A stretch of 64,000 nt of DNA from Lama glama (lineage: Eukaryota), in NCBI GenBank assembly GCA_028534125.1, contig CM052818.1:34410001-34474000 (forward strand). Direction: 5' to 3'. Positions 62,548 through 64,000 of the stretch are shown piece after piece. Position numbers and translations under genes: made by a program. The stretch's first letter is position 1. Each line of letters opens with the position of its first letter. The notes beneath the pieces were generated by a model that did no database searches, was not told the origin of the DNA, and was given only the letters and a program-made list of their open reading frames with translations.

Positions 62548-63554
62548 GAGCAGTGCAGAACCCATGATAGAAGTGAAGCAGGCCTCCTGAGGGCCAGGAT
62601 GCAGCTGGAAAGTGGTCAGGAATTGAGGTAGCTACTTTCTCCTTTTCCCTCTATGGCTGCCTCATCTCTCATCTCTGCTTCTCTCTGTGCACCTTCTCTT
62701 TCTGCAAATCAGATTTTTATGCTTCTGTGCCCATGGGTCAAAGATTGCTTCCCTGGCCTCCATGTGGCCTTCGGGCTTCACTCTGACTAACTAGCCACAA
62801 GCATCTTGTTTCTCACTTTCCCCTTCTCAGGAGATGCTGATTGGCTGAACCAAACCAGGGATCCAGCTGCCCCGGAGTTAGGTGACCAGCCTTGTCCAGT
62901 CAACCACAACCAAGAAGAAGCAGAGTCACATAAACAAACATATCTCCAGAGGCCAACCACTAGGGGTGGGCAGGCTGCTCAGAGATGGTAGAGGGTACCA
63001 AAAGATGTTCCAAAAGATGTCTGCCTCAACTGTCTTTCCATGGTTCCTAGAGCTAAACAAACAAAATCCTTCAGGGAACCAGAGGGACAGAAGGTTCTCT
63101 TGCCCCTCAAGACACAAGAGCTTAATTGTGTTCAGCTCAGAAATGGGGGGAAATGCATTCCTATCCAGAGAGGTCAGACAGAGTCAACAGATCAGATCAG
63201 TCAGACAGATCAAGGAGCAGACACTCCCTGTCCCCCACACTGTCCTTGTATCCTCCTCCTCCGCCCTCTCTCCAGGGCCCCTTCCAGCATTTTCCTTCCT
63301 CCTTGAGCTCCAGTACAAAAAACAAAAAGCAGAGCGCCTTTATGCAAATAAGCCATGCAAATAGATGCCTAGGGACTCATAAACTCCAAGGCTTCATCAG
63401 AGAGACTCAGGAAAATCTGAATTATCTTCGGGCTCAGAAGATTTGTTACTCCCCAGAGCTGTCAGCAGGGTTAAAGATGGGACATGTGAATCTCTGAGCC
63501 TGGTGCCTGGCCATGGGGTGGCTGCTCTATCAATTGAGGTGGAAGTGATAGCAG

Positions 63555-63640
63555 TGAAGGAAGAAGAGGAGGAAATAAAAGAAAGAAAAGGTGAAGGAGA
63601 AGGAAAGAAGAAGGTGGTGGTGGTGATGGTCATGGTGATT
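63555..63640. repeat. Purine-rich / (GGT)n low-complexity tract
   Basis: gaaggaagaagaggagg...ggtggtggtggtgatggtcatggtg. Confidence 0.7.
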
Positions 63641-63680
63641 GTTCTTAGCAAAGTCTGAAGACCTACTCGATGTTCTAACC

Positions 63681-64000
63681 CCGTGTTACTCCAGTGTGAC
63701 TCACATACCAGCAGCATCAACATTGCCAGGGAGCTTGCTGGAAATGCAGCATCTCGGGCCTTAACCCCACTTACTGAATCAAATCTGCCTTTTAAACAAG
63801 ACCCCAGATTGTTCCTCTGCACCTTAAAGTTGAAGTATGGCTCTAACCCACTGGTCCTCAAATGTGGCTGTACACTGGAATTACCTGGGGAGTTTTTAAG
63901 ACCTACAGCTGCTTCAGCCCAGCTGCAGAGATCTGATGTAATGGTGTTGGATGTGCCCTGGTTGGTGGGCTTTTTCAAAGCTCCCCGGGTGATTCTAAAG
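63681..64000. mobile_element. Two adjacent MER5-family MITEs (63681-63840 and 63849 to window end)
   Basis: ggagcttgctggaaatgcagcatctc...actgaatcaaatctgc and cactggtcctcaaatgtggctgtacactggaattacctggggag; TSD ttctaacc/ctctaacc. Confidence 0.8.

Noticed and set aside
63397-63978. 193-aa minus-strand ORF
   Set aside because: Made of MER5 sequence and a low-complexity tract
1-64000. CRISPR array, operon, prophage, NUMT or other novel multi-gene system
   Set aside because: No repeat-spacer array, no dense coding, no mitochondrial-like sequence seen; the window is explained by one spliced mammalian gene and interspersed repeats

Overview
Mammalian nuclear DNA, almost certainly a camelid draft assembly (a Vic-1-type tRNA-derived SINE, camelid/cetartiodactyl-type L1 3' ends, two N gaps). 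The only protein-coding gene I can support is CIB4 (calcium- and integrin-binding family member 4) on the + strand. Coding exons 1-4 lie at 21899-21952, 22425-22459, 30186-30282 and 60005-60146. All have GT/AG boundaries and splice in frame to 109 codons ([109 protein letters not shown]); the remaining exons lie beyond the window. The rest is about 22 kb of upstream intergenic DNA plus long introns filled with old transposon fossils (L1, HAL1, L2, L3/CR1, MIR, MaLR/ERVL LTRs, several hAT DNA transposons including three decayed transposase remnants). Apart from the CIB4 exons, the supplied ORF track is chance ORFs or repeat-derived. I see no evidence of a novel multi-gene system. Best leads: an RFX X-box/CRE-like testis-type promoter; a possible LTR-initiated upstream 5' exon chain; an unexplained AT-rich twin-hairpin insert splitting a MIR; a dense MEF2/FOX/SOX/ETS/GATA motif cluster in intron 3. 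Repeat family names and most repeat boundaries come from recall of consensus sequences and need RepeatMasker/Dfam confirmation.
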